From Mustelus asterias (Eukaryota): 64,000 nucleotides of DNA. Of the stretch, positions 11,812-24,371 are shown one piece after another (position 1 is the first letter of the stretch; the number at the start of each line of letters is the position of its first letter). Both the position numbers and the translations under genes were made by a program. The stretch lies in NCBI RefSeq assembly GCF_964213995.1, contig NW_027590135.1:310001-374000 (forward strand), in the 5' to 3' direction. Under the pieces are notes generated by a model. It saw nothing but the letters and a program-made list of their open reading frames with translations. It was not told where the DNA came from and made no database searches.

Positions 11812-11965
11812 CCCTGTTTGTGAACAGAACTCCCACTTAACTGATGAAGGGGCAGCGCTCCGAAAGCTAGTGGCTTGTGCTACCAAATAAACCTGTTGGA
11901 CTTTAACCTGGTGTTGTGAGACTTCTTACTGTGTTTACCCTAGTCCAACGCCGGCATCTCGACAT
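11812..11965 (+). mobile_element. Solo Penelope pLTR fragment with hammerhead (core 11841-11869)
   Basis: CTGATGA-a-ggggc agc gctcc-GAAA-gc-TA-gtgg; 8-bp TSD caggataa at 11804-11811 and 11966-11973. Confidence 0.85.
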
Positions 11966-13896
11966 CAGGATAAGCCTACCATGGGCAATGGACAAAGTGG
12001 AGGTGAGAAGTTGACTGGCTTGTGAGACGGAGCAGGGAGACATTGCAAGGTGAAGGTACATAAGAAAGTGGGAGTGCTAAATGTTTAATGATCACTGTAC
12101 AAGTCGAAGGTGCAATGCAGACTGCAGGCTGGATATTGAATGGGTTCTGAAATGGGTAAATAGACTGTGGAATCTTCGCACGGTAAAGGTGCAATAGGGA
12201 TTAGGAAGGGTAAAGGTGAACCCTTTATTTTATTTCACCTCTCCTCGATCTTCGGACCAAACTGTATCACTTCACACTTCCTTACATTAATTAAAATGCA
12301 TCTGTCACGTGTCTACTCATTCCACCAGCTTGTCTATATATTCTTGAAGATTATCAATATCCTCCTCACTAAAGTTCATAATATTTTCAAGTTTTGCACC
12401 ACTGGCAAATTTTGAGATTGAAACCTGTGCACCCAGATATAGGTCAGTAATATATAGCAAGGAAAGCAAGTTTCTCTCTATATACCGTCCCCAATCATAA
12501 ATAGGGTAAAACTTTGTGTAATATATGCTTTAATAGATTTGTACTAATAGTTAAACTGTTGCTTCATGAAATTCTAACGATGCTAAACAACAATGATTCA
12601 AAATGCCACTTGGTTCAAAATAAAATGCCTCCCGGCACTGATACTTTCACTTAAAAAGCCTCGCCTTGCTGATGTATCAGGATTTAAATGATGAATACAG
12701 AGGGAAGCAGCGTACTGGTAGATTTCAAAATGATATGGTCAACAGATTTAGTATTTCTAAATTCCTCCGTCCAGGTTCAATATAATGTGAAAAATTCTTG
12801 TCTGTTGTATCTAAACTTCAGTCTACCAGAGTGTGCTGACATCTACTGGCCGCAATACAGAATCGCAGTACAGCGGAAAAACGCACATTAACTGTCGCTG
12901 TTGCAGAGACAGATCAAACAGGAATTAATGATTGGATGTCAGTATTAAATCCCAGAGAGAAATCAATATTAATGTACTTTCCCATGTAGTCAGTATAACT
13001 TGGAGTTTTCTATTACCTGGAGCAGTTGAGTCGACTAGCATCGATGAACTAAAGGGAAATCTCGGAAATGAGACGATGGAGAATGAATTTCAGAGATAAG
13101 CAGATGATGTTACATTGAAGATTTTGAGTAGAGGATCGTGTGAAATCATGTACTAATTACTACAAATGGCCCGGTTTCAATTAGGTATCTTCCATGTAGA
13201 ATGTGTACAGATTTTCGAAGTCTCTCAGATAGATTTATAATGAATATCACACACATTTGTCACACCAGATACAGAGCAATACAGAAAGAGTCCAACACTC
13301 CTACCCATAGAATCTTAGAATGGATACAACAGAGAGAGGGAGACCATTCGGCCCTTTGTCTGTGTGCTGGTCTGTGCAAGAACAACTCAGTTCATGCCTT
13401 TCCCAGTCCTTGTCTCAGAACCCTGCAAATCCTTTCACTTCAGGTGCTGATCCCATTCCCCTTTGACAGCCCTGATTTGATGCTGCCTCTGCCACCCTCT
13501 CAGGCAGCGCATTCCAGGTCCTAAACACTCAGCGCATTAAAAACCATCCTTATTTCCTCTGGCAATGGGAGCAATATTTCTTCATCTACTCTTCTTAGGC
13601 TGCACCCACAAAGCCACCAGCTCTACCGTCTCGAAGGACAGCGGCAGCAGATACATGGGAGCACCAGCATTGCAAACACCCCCCTTCCCTCCCACCCCGC
13701 TCCAAGCCACTCAACGTCCTGACTTGGAAATACATCATAGCTTCTTCACTGTCGCAGTGGCAAAATCCTGAAAGACTGTTAGGCTAACAGCACTGTGGCT
13801 GTACCGACACCAAGGGACTGCAGCAGTTGATGAAAGCAGCGAACCACCATCTTCTTAAGTTCAGTTAGGGATTGGCAATGAGTGCTGGCTTTCTGT

Positions 13897-13968
13897 AGCA
13901 GAGTAGCGCAGGGGAAGGGTGCTGGGCCCATAGCTCAGAGGTCGATGGGTTGAAACCATTCTCTGCTA
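13897..13968 (+). tRNA. Initiator tRNA-Met(CAT), degenerate, probably pseudogene
   Basis: AGCAGAGTAGCGCAGGGGAAG...GGGCCCATAG...GAAACCATTCTCTGCTA; CAT kept, A and B box substitutions. Confidence 0.82.
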
Positions 13969-16344
13969 CTTCCTATCAACAATGATAACAAACTCACTTA
14001 ACGACAATTCTGCAACATTTACGTGGAATATGCAGGCAGGTATTTGCATCGGCTCGTCTTCCCTGTTATAAGCCTCAAACCAGTTTGCTATGCACACAAG
14101 CTGTAGATACTGTGAACATGCGCCAGGATATATTACTGACCGAGGTAATGGTGCACAGGGCACAATTTCAGAATTTGTGGACAATGTGAAACTTGGAAGC
14201 ATTGTGAACTGTGAGGAGGGGAGTGTAAAACTTCAGAAAAGGATCTAGACAAGTTGACGGAATGAGTGGACAAGTTACAGATGAAATTCAAAGCTGAGAA
14301 TTGTGAAGTGATTCATTCTGGTAGGAAGATTATAGAGAGACAATGAAAAGTAAAAGGGAAACAGTTCCAAAGTATCTAATCCATTTCATTAGTGAGGTTT
14401 CTCAGTCCTACAACTCTAAATGAGGTGCAACAGTACAACTCTAAAATAACACCAAATTACTGCGGATGCTGTCATCTGAAACCAAAAGAGAAAATGTTGG
14501 AAAATCTCTGCCGGTCTGGCAGCATCTGTAAGGAGTGAAATGAGCTCATGTTTCGAGTCCAGATGACCCTTTGACAAAGTGTCATCTGGGCTGGTTTACT
14601 GCCAACTGGTAACTTCCTCAAAGTCAATAATAATCCATTCAAAATATCAGCATATGTGTTTTACAATCATAATTACTCATTTGAATCAATTACTGCATCT
14701 CACATTGCTTCTTGTTCATAAACGTATTTAAAAGTTATTTAAGTGAATGCGAGTTTTATCAGTGCCTTAATGTCCACTGGTTTAACAATCTTACCACCCC
14801 ATCAGGGGTTCCACTTATAGGTATTAAATGTCATGAGACGTCTGGACAGCGTGAACAGGGACAAACTGTTCCCACTCATGGAATGATGAAGAATGAGAGA
14901 GAACAGTTTGAACATCATGAACAAGGGAAGGAATAGGAACACGAGGAAAACATTTTTCACACAGTGAGTGCTTAATGTGTGGAATTCATTGCCGGAGAAT
15001 GTGGCGGAGGCAGATTCAATTGAAACGTTCCAAAGGAATTAGACTGTTATCTGAAAAGGAAGAATGTGCAGGGTTACAGGGAGAAGGCGGAGATGTTCAT
15101 TTTCTGTCACAACTTCTCATTCATCACTCATCACTGAATCGAGTGGGAACTGTTCTCTTGTCATTTCTAAACAAGGAGAAGTGCAGCAATGATTAAATGG
15201 CAAGAGAGTTGGTGGGGAATCAGAAGTCTAACGAGCGAGTTAAAAAAAAAACAAATATGTGTCGAAAAGGATGTGAGGATGGCAGAGGGACGAAATCTGA
15301 AATAAAAACAGAAAATGCTAGAAACTTCAGCAGGTCTGGCGACATCTATCGAGAGAGAAACAGAGTTAATAATTCGAGTCTGCAGGACTCTTCTTCAGAG
15401 CTGAAGAGAGGTTGAAATGTGACGGATTTTAAAATGCTGAAGAGAATTCGGAGCACAATCGGGATTATCCATTAAAGCAATTAGAAAAGCAAATGGCATG
15501 TTTGTTTTTATTGCAAGTGGATTGGAGTAGATGAAGAAAGATGTCTTGCTGCAATTGTACAGGATTTTATGGAGACCACATCTGCAATACTGTGTACAGC
15601 TATTGTCTCCACATTTGAGAAAGAATAGAACTTGAGTTGGAGGCAGTACAGACCAGGTTCACTAGATTGCCCCCCAGAATGAGGAAGTTGTTCTATGATG
15701 AGAGGCTGAGTGAATTAGGCTGAGAGACCCTGGAGTTCAGAAGAATGTATAGACGCTGAGTGAATGATTCCATTGCTGTCCTCTGGGCAGACGAGTGTAA
15801 AAGTAAAGTAAAGTTAAAGTAAAGTTTATTAGTCACAAGTAAGGCTTACATTAACACTGCAATGAAGTTACTGTGAAATTCCCCTAGTCGCCACACTCCG
15901 GCGCCTGTTCGGATCAATGCACCTAACTAGATGAAGTTCAATGCAGAGAAGTGTGAGTTGATTCATTTTGAGAGTGTGGAGAAATAAAGGGAGAAACTCT
16001 TAAGGAAAGTCAGGAACAGAGGGATCTCAGTTTCTAAGTACAAAGGTCATTGAAGGTGGTTGGGCATGTTGAGAAAGCAAGTAATAAAGCAAATGGCATC
16101 CTATGTTTTATTGGAGGATTGAATACATGAGTAAGAAGGTCATGTTGAGCTTTTAAATACACGAGATAGGCCTCACCTGGAGCACTGCATCCAGTTCTGG
16201 ACACCATACTTGAAGAAGGTTGCAAAGGCATTGGAGACAGTGCAAAGGATATTCACATGAATGATTCTATTGATAAAGATTTGTAGCTATGAAGATAGAA
16301 TTGAGAGCTTGGGTATTTTTCTTTTGGGAAAGGAGTCTGAGCGG

Positions 16345-17590
16345 AACTGAAGAGGGACAGGTAGCATTGAGGAAGCAGGTGTTCTGCAGAAGGGCTTAGA
16401 CAGGTCTGGAGAGTGGGCAGAGAAGTGGCAGATGGAATACAATGTGGAAAACTGTGAAGTTATGCACTTTGGAAGGAGGAATGGAGATATAGACTACTTT
16501 CTAAATTGTGAAATGCTTAGAAAATCAGAAGAACAAAGGGACTTGGGAGTCATTGTTCAAGAGTCTCTTAAGGTTAACGTACAAGTTCAGTCGGCAGTTA
16601 GGAAGCTAAATGCAATGTCGAGAGGGCTAGAATACAAGAGCACAGATGTACTTCTGAGGCTGGCAAAGGCTCTGATCAGATCTCGTTTGGAGTATTGCGA
16701 GCAGTTTGGGCCCCATATCTAAGGAAAGATGTGCTGGCCATGGAAAGGGTCCAGAGGAGGTTCACAAGAATGATCCATGGAATGAAGAGCATGTTGTATG
16801 AAGAATGGTTGAGGACTCTGGGAGTGTTCACGTTGGAGTTTAGAAGGATGATCTTATTGAAACTTACAGGATACTGCGAAGCCTGGCTAGAATGGACGTG
16901 GACATGGCGGCACGGTAGCGCAGTGGTTAGCACTGCTGCTTCACAGCTCCAGGGTCCCGGGTTCGATTCCCAGCTTGGGTCACTGTCTGTGTGGAGTTTG
17001 CACGTTCTCCTCGTGTCTGCGTGGGTTTCCTCCGGGTGCTCCGGTTTCCTCCCACAGTCCAAAGATGTGCGGGTTAGGTTGATTGGCCAGGTTAAAAAAA
17101 AAAATTGCCCCTTGAAATCCTAAAAAAATGCGTAGGTTAGAGGGATTAGCGGGTAAATATGTGGGGGTAGGGCCTGGGTGGGATTGTGGTCGGTGCAGAC
17201 TCGATGGGCCGAATGGCCTCCTTCTGCACTGTAGGGTTTCTATGATTCTTCTATGAGGATGTTTCCACCAATAGGAAGCTGGTGACAAAATATATACTAG
17301 TAGGAATAACTAGTACCAGAGGGCACAACCTCAGACTAAAGGGACGATCCTTTAAAACAGAGATGAGGAGAAATTTCTTCAGCCAGAGAGCGGTGAATCT
17401 ATGCCGCAGAAGGCTGTGGAGGCTAGGTCATTGAATGTTTTTAATACAGAGATAGATTCTTGATTAATAAGGGGATCAGGTGTTATGGGGAAAAGACAGG
17501 AGAATGGGATGAGAAAAATATATGTTTGAATGGTGGAGCAGATGGGCCAAGTGGCCTAATACTGCTCCTGTGTCTTATGGTCTTATGGAA
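16345..17590 (+). mobile_element. Degraded CR1 3' end carrying an HE1 insertion
   Basis: MEYNVENCEVMHFG...RLEYCEQF / ERVQRRFTRMI ORF2 C-terminal motifs. Confidence 0.85.
16906..17256 (+). mobile_element. Full-length HE1 (V-SINE) copy
   Basis: tRNA-like head with A and B boxes, V-domain gtgggtttcctccgggtgctccggtttcctcccacagtccaaaga, CR1-like tail. Confidence 0.92.
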
Positions 17591-17599
17591 GAGAAAGAA

Positions 17600-17912
17600 G
17601 GGTGGCACAATGGTTCGCACTGCTGCTGCGGAATGACAGGGACCCAGGTTCAATTCAGGCCTTGGGTGACTGTACGTATTTTCCACATTTTCTCTGTGTC
17701 CACATGGCTTTCCTCTGAGTGTTCTGGTTTCCCCCCACATTCCATTGATAGTGTAAGTGGATTTACCATGCTAAATTTCCCCTTATATGTCCCAGTATGT
17801 TTAGATTAGGAGGATTAACAGGGTAAATATGTGAGGTTGTGTGGATAGGTCAGAGAATCAGTGCAGACTCAATGGGCCGAATGGCCACCTTCTGCACTGT
17901 AGGGATTCTATA
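17600..17912 (+). mobile_element. Diverged HE1-like V-SINE
   Basis: Same layout as 16906-17256 with many substitutions. Confidence 0.75.
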
Positions 17913-18605
17913 ATAGAGTTTTTCATGTTCGATTCAAGAGTTCATCAAGAAGCAGGGGAAAAAATTCAAAATAAGTGTTAAAACAGCACCGATTCAGTGC
18001 CTAATGTACACATCTTTGGAAACTAAAGGAACATTTAACATGGTCAATCCACCTAACCTGCACATCTTTGAACCAGAGCACCCAGAGGAAACCCACGGGG
18101 AGAATGTACAAAATTTGTACAGTCACCAAAGGGCAGAAGCAAGCCCAGGTCTCTGGGGCTGTGAGGCGAGGGAGTGGAATTAGATGGAACACTGTTTCAA
18201 TAACGCAGTGTAGACTTGATGTGCCAAATGGGCTGTAGTGCATTGTAAAGATTCTGTGCGTTGGGAATCTAAAACATGATCCTATTGAATGGAGCAGCAG
18301 GCTTGAGGGGCCATGTGGTCCACTTCTGATCCGATTTATTGTGCTGCTGGGTCCAGAAAGCTGCTAATTGATTTCTCATATCAGAATTTACTCCAAATAC
18401 CATTAATGCATCAACCCTGTGCTCAGTGACAAACACTGACTCTTGATTAAGCAATGTCTCAATTTTAATTTTCTTATCCGTGTTTCCAAATCCCTCCATG
18501 TCCTGAGCTCTTCCTCCCTTTTATCACCTTCAGCCCAACAATCCTCTGAGATATCTGAGCTCCTCTGAATCTGCCCTCGTGAGCATCCCTGATTTGATTC
18601 ACTCC

Positions 18606-20499
18606 CGAAGATACACAAGGCAAACACACCCGGCCGTCCCATCGTATCGGGCAATGGGGCCCTGTGCGAGAACCTCTCCGGCTATGTCGAGGGCATCCTG
18701 AAACCCATTGTACAAAGAACCCCCAGCTTTTGTCGCGACACGACGGACTTCCTACAGAAACTCGGCACACATGGAGCAGTTGAACCAGGAGCGCTCCTCG
18801 TCACAATGGATGTCTCGGCACTCTACACCAGCATCCCCCATGACGATGGCATTGCTGCAACGGCCTCAGTGCTCAGCGCCAACAACTGCCAGTTTCCAGA
18901 TGCAATTTTACATCTCATCCGCTTCATCCTGGATCACAATATCTTCACCTTCAACAACCAGTTCTTCATCCAGACACACGGAACAGCCATGGGGACCAAA
19001 TTCGCATCTCAATATGCCAACATCTTCATGCACAGGTTCGAACAAGACTTCTTCACCGCACGGGACCCTCAACCGATGCTATACACTAGATACATCGATG
19101 ACATTTTCTTCCTTTGGACTCATGGTGAACAATCACTGAAACAACTCAGTTCCATCCCACCATCAGGCTCACCATAGACTACTCTCCGGAATCGGTTGCA
19201 TTCTTGGACACACGCATCTCCATTAAGGACGGTCACCTCAGCACCTCACTGTACCGCAAGCCCACGGATAACCTCACGATGCTCCACTTCTCCAGCTTCC
19301 ACCCTAAACACGTTAAAGAAGCCATCCCCTCCAGACAAGCCCTCCGTATACACAGGATCTGCTCGGATGAGGAGGATCGCAACAGACACCTCCAGACGCT
19401 GAAAGATGCCCTCATAAGAACAGGATATGGCGCTCGACTCATTGATCAACAGTTCTAACGCGCCACAGCGAAAAACCGCACCGACCTCCTCAGAAGACAA
19501 ACACGGGACACAGTGGACAGAGTACCCTTCATTGTCCAGTACTTCCCCGGAGCGGAGAAGCTACGGCATCTCCTCCGGAGCCTTCAACATGTCATTGATG
19601 AAGACGAACATCTCGCCAAGGCCATCCCCACACCCCCATTTCTTGCCTTCAAACAACCGCACAACCTCAAACAGACCATTGTCCGCAGCAAACTACCCAG
19701 CCTTCAGGAGAACAGTGGGCATGACACCACACAACCCTGCCACAGCAACCTCTGCAAGACGTGCCGGATCATCGACACAGATGCCATCATCTCACGTGAG
19801 AACACCATCCACCAGGTACACGGTACATACTCTTGCAATTCGGCCAACGTTGTCTACCTGATACGCTGCAAGAAAGGATGTCCCGAGGCATGGTACATTG
19901 GGGAAACTATGCAGACGCTGCGACAACGGATGAATGAACACCGCTCGACAATCACCAGGCAAGACTGTTCTCTTCCTGTTGGGGAGCACTTCAGCGGTCA
20001 CGGGCATTCGGCCTCTGATATTCGGGTAAGCGTTCTCCAAGGCGGCCTTCGCGACACACGACAGCTCAGAGTCGCTGAGCAGAAACTGATAGCCAAGTTC
20101 CGCACACACGAGGACGGCCTCAACCGGGATATTGGGTTCATGTCACACTATTTGTAACCCCCACAGTTGCCTAGACTTGCAGAGTTTCACTGGCTGTCTT
20201 GTCTGGAGACAATACACATCTTTTTAGCCTGTCTTGATGCTCTCTCCACTCACATTGTTTTGTTTCTTAAAGACTTGATTAGTTGTAAGTATTCGCATTC
20301 CAACCATTATACATGTAAATTGAGTTTGTGTCTTTATAAGCTGTGTTTGTGAACAGAATTCCCACTCACCTGAGGAAGGGGCTTAGAGCTCCGAAAGCTT
20401 GTGTGGCTTTTGCTACCAAATAAACCTGCTGGACTTTAACCTGGTGTTGTTAAACTTCTTACTGTGTTTACCCCAGTCCAACGCCGGCATCTCCACATC
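18606..20499 (+). mobile_element. Penelope-like retroelement (RT, Cys-rich linker, GIY-YIG endonuclease, pLTR), 5'-truncated and disrupted
   Basis: PKIHK..GRPIVS, MDVSALYTSIPH, GTAMG, RYIDDIF; PCHSNLCKTC linker (Neptune-like); VVYLIRC..WYIGET..RQRMNEH; frameshift near 19145, stop at 19456; TSD ttgattcactcc at 18594-18605 and 20500-20511, inside an L2 remnant. Confidence 0.95.
20367..20403 (+). ncRNA. Minimal hammerhead ribozyme motif
   Basis: cac-CTGAGGA-a-ggggct tag agctcc-GAAA-gc-TT-gtg. Confidence 0.75.
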
Positions 20500-20809
20500 T
20501 TGATTCACTCCACCAGTGATGATCGTACTTTCAGCTCTCGATGTCTCAGCTCTGGAATTCCCTCTCTAAATGCACCTGCTTCTTGCTTGCTTTCCTCCCC
20601 GTTCATTTTTGTCGACTGTTCTCTTCATTTATTTCCTCCTATCTTTCCCGCGGGTTTCACTTTTTGCACCCTCTGACTTTCCGCAGTCCTTTTGCCGCTT
20701 TAACTGCCATCAACGAATTATAATTGTACAACTATAATTATCTGAACAGTTCAACTTTAAGGATTCTTTCCGCCTCCACCTCTCTCATCACTCATTGGTT
20801 TCATCAAAT

Positions 20810-21350
20810 TAAATGACGCAATGACGCTGGGCTCTGAGTGACGCTGCGCGAAAGGCGCAGGAGCGGCACATTCCATTTGTTCAATGCATTGCGATTGGCT
20901 AAAGAAGATGTCAATCACATTGAGGGGCGTGTGTTTCCATCAGCACGGACTGTGATTGGTTACAATTGTCAGCGTCATTTTCAGTGTTCCCTCTGTTCAG
21001 CTGGATGGAGCTCACGGATTGGATAAAGTAGCTGTCACTCAGTGGGCGCAGAGCGGCCATTGGATAACCGCGATGCGTCAATTTCCGATTGGTTTTCCCA
21101 GCTGCCGGTCACAGGCCCATCAGACACCGCGCGGAGCGGCAGTAAATGTCCCGCCAGTGGCTTCAGTCCCCGGGCCCGGATCCTGAGCCCGCGGCGGGGC
21201 TCCGGATGGGGGAAGGGTTTCGGCAGCGGGAATCCCGTCCCGCCCGGCTGTGAATCCTGAGCTCAGGGTTTCCAATGGCGGCTTCCTGTGTAAACATGTC
21301 ACGCTGCAGATCCCCGGGCTCAGCAGTGGCAGCGCTGCAAACCCCCTGGA
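20810..21350 (+). promoter_or_regulatory. CpG-island promoter candidate
   Basis: Three TGACG half-CRE sites (20814-20843), five ATTGG boxes (~20894, 20956, 21018, 21059, 21088), YY1-like AATGGCGGC (~21274), high CpG. Confidence 0.65.
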
Positions 21351-21611
21351 GTCAGACCAATCAGCACAGAGACTGGGATCTTCCTCTCCCCTGTGTGTGG
21401 GGCTCAGTGCCACACCGGGTTCGAGGACCTCACACTGCATCGGCCAGGGAGAGATACTGGGATCTTCCTGTGCTCTGTATTGGGGGTGGCGCTTGGTTAC
21501 TCTGATTGAATTTCCCACATTGTTTGGTTCTAATTTCAGCCTCTCTCTCTTACAGTCAGCCTGGGTGTTCCTGACTGAGCAGAATGGCCTGATCTCACCA
21601 CACACATTGAG

Positions 21612-21769
21612 ATGGAGGAGTTGCCACCTGGGACGAAGATGATTGAGAACTCCAGCCTTCTCTACACTCGTTTACTGAGGCCCAGCCCTTCATTCATCAT
21701 TAGTTTCCCCAGGATGTCAGGTACATTAACATCTTCATCTGCTGTGAACACTGATCTGACAGTGGGAAG
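21612..21769 (+). CDS. Candidate first coding exon of an unknown gene (see findings)
   Basis: Acceptor ttctaat...cctctctctcttacag ending at 21555, ATG gagATGg at 21612, donor ag|gtattg after 21769 (phase 2). Confidence 0.3.
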
Positions 21770-21899
21770 GTATTGGAGCATAATGGGGCAGTCAACCATG
21801 TCAAAGGTGTGGATAGGTTGAGAAGGATGAGCAGGGATTGTTCAGCTGGGTAAGACTGCACTTCCGATCTTATCTTTCTGGCCATATGCAGAATATCAC

Positions 21900-22435
21900 C
21901 TGCAATGGTTTATCTTCCCACTTCTATTCTGTTACCACCCAAATCCCCCAAGGATCTTTCCTTGACTCTCTCCTATTTTTCATCTACACCTGACCCCTCA
22001 GTGACATTATCTAAAAACACAGCTTTCACATGTATGCTGATAACACCCAGCTCTACCTCACCGTCACCTCTCACAACCAATCCTCTGTTATTAAATTATG
22101 AGACACCTTCTCCGACCTCTGCTACTGACTAAGCAGAGAATTCCCCCAATTAAATATTTGGAAGACCAATATTCCCACCACAAATTCTGTTCCCAATCAC
22201 TGACTCCATCTCTCCTACTGGTCAGTGTTCGAGGTTGAAACAAACCCTCATAATCTTGGCACCTCATTAGACTCGGAAATGAGATTCTGACCACATATCT
22301 GTTCCTTCACCAAGATCACCTCTGACCAGCTGTGTAACGTCACACATTGTTGATAATACCTCAACTCACCCGTACCTGAAACCCTCATCCATGCTTTTGT
22401 TACCTCAAGACTTGACAATTCAAACACACTCCTGC
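21900..22435 (+). mobile_element. L2 LINE RT remnant
   Basis: PQGSFL..LLFFIYT.PLSDII..HMYADNTQLYL and ETLIHAFVTSRLDNSNTLL. Confidence 0.75.
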
Positions 22436-22634
22436 CCAGCAGATTTCCTTCCCTAAAGGACATTAGTAAACCAGATAGGGTTTTATGACGAGCGATCATT
22501 AGGTTTTTAATTGCAGATTCATATTGAGTTCAAATTTCACCACCTGCTGTGTTGGATTTTGAACGTGGGTCCCGAGGGCATTATCCAGAGTCTGTGGATC
22601 ACTGGCCCATGACTCCACTGCCTCCCCTAAACAA

Positions 22635-22717
22635 TGTCAGGACTGGAATTTGAATTCATGCCTCTCGAGGAGACTGTGACCTGAACGAAGCACCTTAGAC
22701 GACTCGGCCATCCTGAC
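22635..22717 (-). tRNA. tRNA-Leu(CAG)-derived pseudogene
   Basis: GTCAGGATGGCCGAGTCGTCTAAGG...TTCAGG...TCCTGACA; CpG-type decay in the T arm. Confidence 0.8.
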
Positions 22718-23739
22718 ACAGATTATGTATTTCACTCCTCTGCCATTTCCTTTTATTTCCCAGTCTCAATCTCTCAGTAGCTTATGTTCACTTTAGCCTC
22801 TCTCTTTGTTTTTATATATTTATAGAAGCTCTTCCTGTCTCTTTTTAAATGACTTGTTAATTTACGTTTGTAGTTCATCTTCTCCCACGTTAGTATTTTT
22901 TTGGTCATCATTCGTTGGTTTTTGAAACTTCCCCAATGCTCTGTCTTACCACTAATATATGAAACATCCTATGTTCTTCTTTCAGTTTGATGCAATCTTT
23001 AACTTCCTCGGTTAACCATGGTTGATTTATTCCCTTCCAGAATCCTTGTTTGTCACTGGTATGTATCTTTGTTGTGAGTCATAAACTATTTTCATAACGT
23101 ATGTCATTGCTGAGCGATCGTCTTTTCTGCTAAACATCTTTTGCAGTCCAGTCTAGCCAACTCTGCTCTCATTCTTTTCCAATTACCCTTATTTAAGTTG
23201 AGCACAGTTGCCTCTGACTCAAGTTTGCACTCAAAACTGAATGCTAAATTCTACCATGTTACGGTCACTGTTTCCGAGCGGAGCTTTTACTCTGATTGTT
23301 TATGAAAGCTGTATCATTAACATTACAATATCCAAACTGGCCTGGTTTCTGCTTGGATCCATAAAGTATTCTTCTTGGAAACAGTGTCTAATACACTCTG
23401 AATTCTTCCTCATGGCTACCTCTGCCAAGTTGATTGTCCGAATCCACATGACGATTAAAGTCAGCCATGATTCATGTACTGCCTTTTTTCATATCCTCAT
23501 TATCTCCTGATTCATTCCCCACCCTACAGTATAGCTACTGTCAGGGGGCTGATAGACTACTCCCACCAGTGTCTTCCTCTCCTTGTTATTTTTTCCCTTC
23601 ACTCATTTGGATTCTACATTTTCTGATCCAAGATCATTTCTTGTTGTTGTCTTTATTCCATCTCATATTAACAAAGCTATTAGATATCCCCTCCCCAGAA
23701 CTACCACCCTATTCCCCTTGCCCCTTTTAGATTAGTGAC

Positions 23740-24010
23740 TGCCTCAGCTGCAGTCACTCCCTCCTGTCCCTGACCACTTTGCAAACCTGAAGATTCTATC
23801 AGTACCTGTCAGGATCCCATCCCCTTGCCAATTTAGTTTAAATCCATCCCAACAGCACTTCGCAAAGCTCCCCGTGAGGATGTTGGTGCCATTCCTGTTC
23901 AGATGTAATCTGTCCAACTTGTACAGGTCCCAGCTCAACCAGAAATGGTCCCAATGCCCCAGGAATCTAAAGCCCTCCCTCCTGTACCATCTCTCCAGCC
24001 ATGCTGTCAT
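23740..24010 (-). mobile_element. CR1 ORF1 (SGNH/esterase-like) C-terminal remnant
   Basis: WLERWYRREGFRFLGHWDHFW...DRLHLNRNGTNIL. Confidence 0.8.
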
Positions 24011-24371
24011 CTGCTGTACCGATACTCATGAATGCATCTCCCCTGAAGGTGCTGACTCTGTCTGAGATCATTTCTACACCCACTGCTTCTTCTCACTCTT
24101 CCCCTGAAAGTGGTGTCTCTGGGTGCATTCAGTTCTGCACATTCGGGTTCCTTTATCTCATACATAGAAAGATGTTCCCTGGTCTTGAGTGTGTTGACTA
24201 TGAGGAGAGGTTTGATAAATGAGGCTTATTTTCACTGAAAAGACAGAGGCTGAGGGGAGACCTGATAGAGGGTCTACAAAATTGTGAGAGGCATAGACAG
24301 GGTGGATAGTCAGAGACTTTCTCCCAGGGTGGAAGTGTCAACTGCAATGGGCCACATGTTCAAGGTGCAAG

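Noticed and set aside
16676-17288. Recurrent similar ORFs such as DCGRKPEHPEETHAD
   Set aside because: Translations of HE1 SINE copies, not a protein family
18806-20157. RT plus nuclease as a novel retron-like or defence system
   Set aside because: The motif set and pLTR identify an ordinary Penelope-like retroelement
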